A stretch of DNA of 64,000 nucleotides from the human T2T-CHM13v2.0 reference genome, Homo sapiens: the NCBI RefSeq assembly GCF_009914755.1, contig NC_060947.1. One strand, 5' to 3'. The notes under the pieces were generated by a model. The model worked only from the letters and a program-made list of their open reading frames with translations, had not been told where the DNA came from and did not search any database. Of this stretch, positions 59,561-64,000 are shown in pieces. The position numbers and the translations under genes are program-made. How positions within the stretch are numbered: the first letter of the stretch is position 1; the number at the start of each line of letters is the position of its first letter.

Positions 59561-62279
59561 GATTAAAGAGACCCTTTCCCATTAGGGAGGCCAATATATG
59601 AAGAGGACTAGATCTCTTAATTTTCCACATATGAAATACTCGAGTGTATCTACGAAGCAAGAAATGAAAATATAGTGACCGATATTATTCATGTTTCATG
59701 TGTGTTTATGATTGTCTAGATACTAACCAGTTAACACATTTTGAGCTTTATACGGGTCACAGATGGAGTTATATGTTATAGATAACTGTATTTGTTAGGT
59801 AATTCATTTATTTTTCATCACCCAGATAGTCTATTAACTAAGAAAGCACTAATTATTATGGAAAATTATGGACCTTCTGGAACTTTCCCCAGTTAATTTA
59901 TTCTGGCGAGAAGTGCCCATGCACTGATATCCAGAAAAACAGTTAACAATGCCTCCAAATTATCTGAACATCTTAAGTTTGTACAGATATGGGCACTTGG
60001 ATTATATTTAATCCATGCATCTTTCATCCATGGATTAGTCACCACTAAATATAGCTTTCCTCTGTTTTACATGCGTTAAAATAGCTATTTAGGAATTTTA
60101 AAAACTGCTCATGATTATAGCATATGGTGCTAAATTTGAGAATGCAATCAATTCGGACTTCCATTTAGTTCTCTTGGCTGTTACTAAATGGGTGCTAAAC
60201 TATACTCAAAAGATTAAATAAAGGGTAAAAATGATAGAATGTTTTTAAGCAAAATTATGTTATAACATCAAGGCTATGTGAATTTGTATTATTCATAAAA
60301 CTAAATTTTAAACAAACCTTAATTATTTCAAAAGCAACTGGATCATAAAGGAGGGCAGGAGAATTATCAGATAACTTACCAACTTGAAAATATTATAATC
60401 CTTTTATTTTGTGAAAATCAAAGTGGAAAACAATATACACTTGAATAGATTTTATTCATCTGTTCTCAGAATATGTTCCATACAATGAGAGTCTTAAGTA
60501 ATCATTGAAGAATCAGAATGATTCACAGATGGTGCAAGTGATTTAATTATTTTTAACCAGTTGTTCTGGACATGCTCAGAAGGATATTTCCAACCCCACT
60601 GCAGAAGCCATCTGAGCTCCCTTCCAGCTGGTGTTCCATATTTTCAAAGCAAATTTAGATTGGAGAAAATTACACTTTATATTGTTGTGTTGCAAACGGA
60701 GGTCAAATTGCTGTGTATAAATTCTTGTTCTTTTTTTTCTTCATTGTATGAGTTATATTTATCAAATATCACGTCTTTTGTATGATTGCTATGGATTTGC
60801 CAATGGTATTTTACGTTTTGTGTTGTCTGGCACTTAGGAGGCACTAGATAAATGTTTATTCAATGAAAGAAATACCAATTCAGTGTATTCAAAATAAAAC
60901 TTGAATTTATTTCTAGACTCACACTAAGTGTATGGAGTTACCATTTAACTGCATCCTCACCATTATTGGGAGGTTCCCATTAAAAATGAACAAAAAAAGG
61001 AAGAAACCAATGTAATAAAACAATACCACGATCACTACCCCCATCATCAAAGAAAATCATCAACAAAACTCTGTGTTAATTCAATAAGTAAAACTACATC
61101 TTGATGCTGGAACCCTGTCCCCTAATTTTATAGGATCTTAGGAAACCTGCTTGACAAATTTTCACCTTTTTAGGCTATCATAAGGATAAGAGATACCCTT
61201 TGTAAAAATTTAGTCTTGCATACTTCATAATGCGGAATGACTGTAACATCAGTCAAGAAACATAACTGATATCTGTAATCATTTCCACTATGCTAAGAAA
61301 AGGGAATGGAAGGAATATGGGCATCCCATTAATGTCCATAGTCACAATGAGAAGTAACAAACTGTTCCCAAATAGTTCTATCAAATGTAATAATTTTTCA
61401 AGGTTGTAGCATTCAAATAAAGATAATACTAACTTTAGTGAACCAAGTTTCCTCATCTGATGCTAAAAATGAGTTATATTTTTTTAATTTTATCAGTAAC
61501 ATTATATGATAGTAAAACTGCACATATCAATAATTCATCACTTCATTTTGTATTTATATCCAATATTTCTGAAAAATATATTAATCATAGATTTTGCAGT
61601 CAATATTTCCTGAAGAATGTGCTAAATTTCCACTTGATAGAAAAATTTGACACAGTATATTACTATGTTTTTTCTTATGTTTATTAATATATTTGACAAC
61701 ACATTGCATGATGACTGTAGTCTATTACTGTAACATTAATTCAGAAGATAAGCAAATATAAAATTGTATATCTAACAGAGCCATAATCTAACTATAAAAT
61801 AATTGTGAATAGTAAGTGTAGCTTGACACATTTATTCTACTATTTTTATTTAACGTGCTACTTGAAGCCAGTCATTTGAGACAATATTCAAGAGGTAATA
61901 TGTTGTATAAATCACGTATAAATGGTAAATTTGCTTAAACTTACAAGAATATTAAACTGTAATTAACATCTTATTTTATACATAGTGATGGCTTTGGACT
62001 AGAGATATTCGGAAAACACAAAATCCTATGTTCATATAGTTTCTTACTACCCTTGATGAATTCAATTAATGTTCTTAAACCTCAGTTTTCTATTTGGATT
62101 ATTTGCTTTAACTTAATAGCTTGTCTTTATTTTTCCCTCTACTATTCAAAAATTGTATACTTCTATCGATTTAATGATTAGTATAAAATTCTTAACACGC
62201 ACAAGAAATTTTGCAAGTTTTCATTCTAAGCACTAAGAGAATCTTAAAATTGCTTTATTCATTATTGATTAATTACTTA

Positions 62280-62500
62280 TTTTATGAATTAAACAAATAT
62301 ATACTGTGTACCTAGTCACTGTTTTGGGTGTTGAGGACACAGCAGTGGGAAAAAAAGACAATTTTTTTTTGCATTGTTGGGTTGGAGCTCTACTTCTAGG
62401 TAGGGAAATAAATACTCAAGAAGATAAAGAAGGAAAATATTGAGAACTTTCCTGGTCATGCACTTTATTGAGAAAAATAAATGAGGAAAGCATGGATAAA

Positions 62501-62534
<34 letters not shown>

Positions 62535-63170
62535 TGTATGTGCACACATGAGAAAGATTCATTGAAAAAAACACTTTTGAGTAAAGAAGTTAAGGCAGAA
62601 ACGAAAAGAGCCACATGGAGAAACGGGGGAGGATTATTTTAGGCAGAGGTAGCACACAATGCAATGGGTGCATGTCAGATCTGTGAAAGCAGCAGCAAAG
62701 GGGTCAACATAGGTGGAGCAGAGGAAAGTATTAAGAGATAAGGCCTGAGTTAAGAAGTGGGCCAGCCAGGTCAGATATCCCTTGAAATTCATGAAGAGTT
62801 TTGGATTTCACTTAAAAATAGATGGGAATTCATTGAAGGATTATGATCAGATTTAAATATGGTTTATATTTTTCAAATGTTGTCCCTGTGTATTGTGTAG
62901 AGATAGGCTAAAGAAAGCATGCGTAGATTTTTTTTTTTCTCTGAAAATTTGAAAGAACGGTGCTTCCACTGCATTTGAGGGGAAAAGAATAATTTTGTTT
63001 TAATCAAGTCACGAGGCTGGATGAAAACAGCAAGACATATATAGAATAAATAAAAATGGCAAGTGCCCAAGGACTGAGCACTGAGGCATTTCAGCATTAG
63101 AGAAGTAGGTACTACCTATGGAAACTGAGAAACAATACATAGAAAGGTAGCAGGTAAACTGGATGAAAAA
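62280..63170 (-). mobile_element. L2 fragments
   Basis: ggagctctacttctagg; gatgggaattcattgaagga; aaggactgagcactgaggcatttc. Confidence 0.6.
62503..62532. repeat. (GT)15 microsatellite
   Basis: Directly visible. Confidence 0.95.
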
Positions 63171-63279
63171 CTTAACCACCTTCTCATGTTTCATTGATGT
63201 CCAGCATTTTTCTGTTTTTTAATAGACACTTTCATACACGGTAAATGTTTATTTAAGACTTTTCCATTTTTTTACCATT

Positions 63280-63790
63280 TTCTTTGCACATCATTTTCTT
63301 TTGCAGCTTAAATCTTCCATCTTGTATCTTTCTCCTGCTTAAAGACCAATCTTGACGTCCTCTAAAGGGAATTTTATGCTAGTAAACGGTTTCTGTGTGT
63401 CTGAAAAGATCTTTATTTCAATGTTATTCCTGAAAGAGAGTTTCTATCAGTACACAATTCTAGGTTCCTACGTGGATGTTCTTTCATTGTTTTTGAAAAT
63501 ATTATTCTACCGTCTTCTGGCTTCTATCATTGCTCTAAAACCAGGTACCATTTTAAGTGTCACTACTTTCTAAGGAAATACAGCAGTATTTAAAATTATT
63601 TCTTTGCTTTTTTTGGATTCATCAGATTCATCGTCTCATAGTGATGATCTATACTTATATTTCTTTTTTTTAATAATCTTTTCTGCTTCAGATTTGCTCA
63701 GTTTCCCAATCGGAGTATTGGAATTTCTATTAAGTTTTGAAAATCCTAAGCTATTATCACTACAGATAATGCCTCTTCTCCATTGTGGGT
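63280..63790 (-). mobile_element. Ancient L1M fragment
   Basis: tctgaaaagatctttatttca...aattctaggtt...ttgaaaatattattctaccgtcttctggcttc. Confidence 0.65.
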
Positions 63791-64000
63791 AGGATTTATT
63801 TATTCCCCTTTACAGCTGAGGGAAGCCCTTGAAAATTCAGACTTTAAGGAGGGGTTTTATTTTCACCTCTATATTATGTGTTGTTGAAGGTCACATATTT
63901 TGTCCTAAAAGGTCTTGAAAACTTCTTCCTAGCCATTAGGCTCTCAATCCAGGTTCAGTTTCACGTAAGATGATTTGATCATTCATGGCACACAGAGGGA

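Overview
AT-rich primate (human-like) genomic DNA from inside the dystrophin gene (DMD), which runs on the minus strand. Two coding exons are recognisable: exon 42 (40171-40365, 195 nt) and exon 43 (17635-17807, 173 nt; too short-framed to appear in the ORF track). The rest is part of intron 41, all of intron 42 (22,363 nt here) and part of intron 43, filled with Alu, L1, L2, MIR, MaLR/ERV LTRs and DNA-transposon relics. Most remaining ORF-track entries are repeat-derived or chance ORFs. I found no evidence of a new gene system. The most notable structures are: an old L1 whose RT region is replaced by a 240-bp patch from a much younger L1, with repair-like junctions; a MER41B-like LTR near exon 43 that retains both GAS motifs and ends just after its polyA signal; a perfect 78-bp tandem duplication; a perfect 16-bp hairpin; and a possible short L1 3' transduction. 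Repeat subfamily names come from remembered consensus sequences and their boundaries are approximate.
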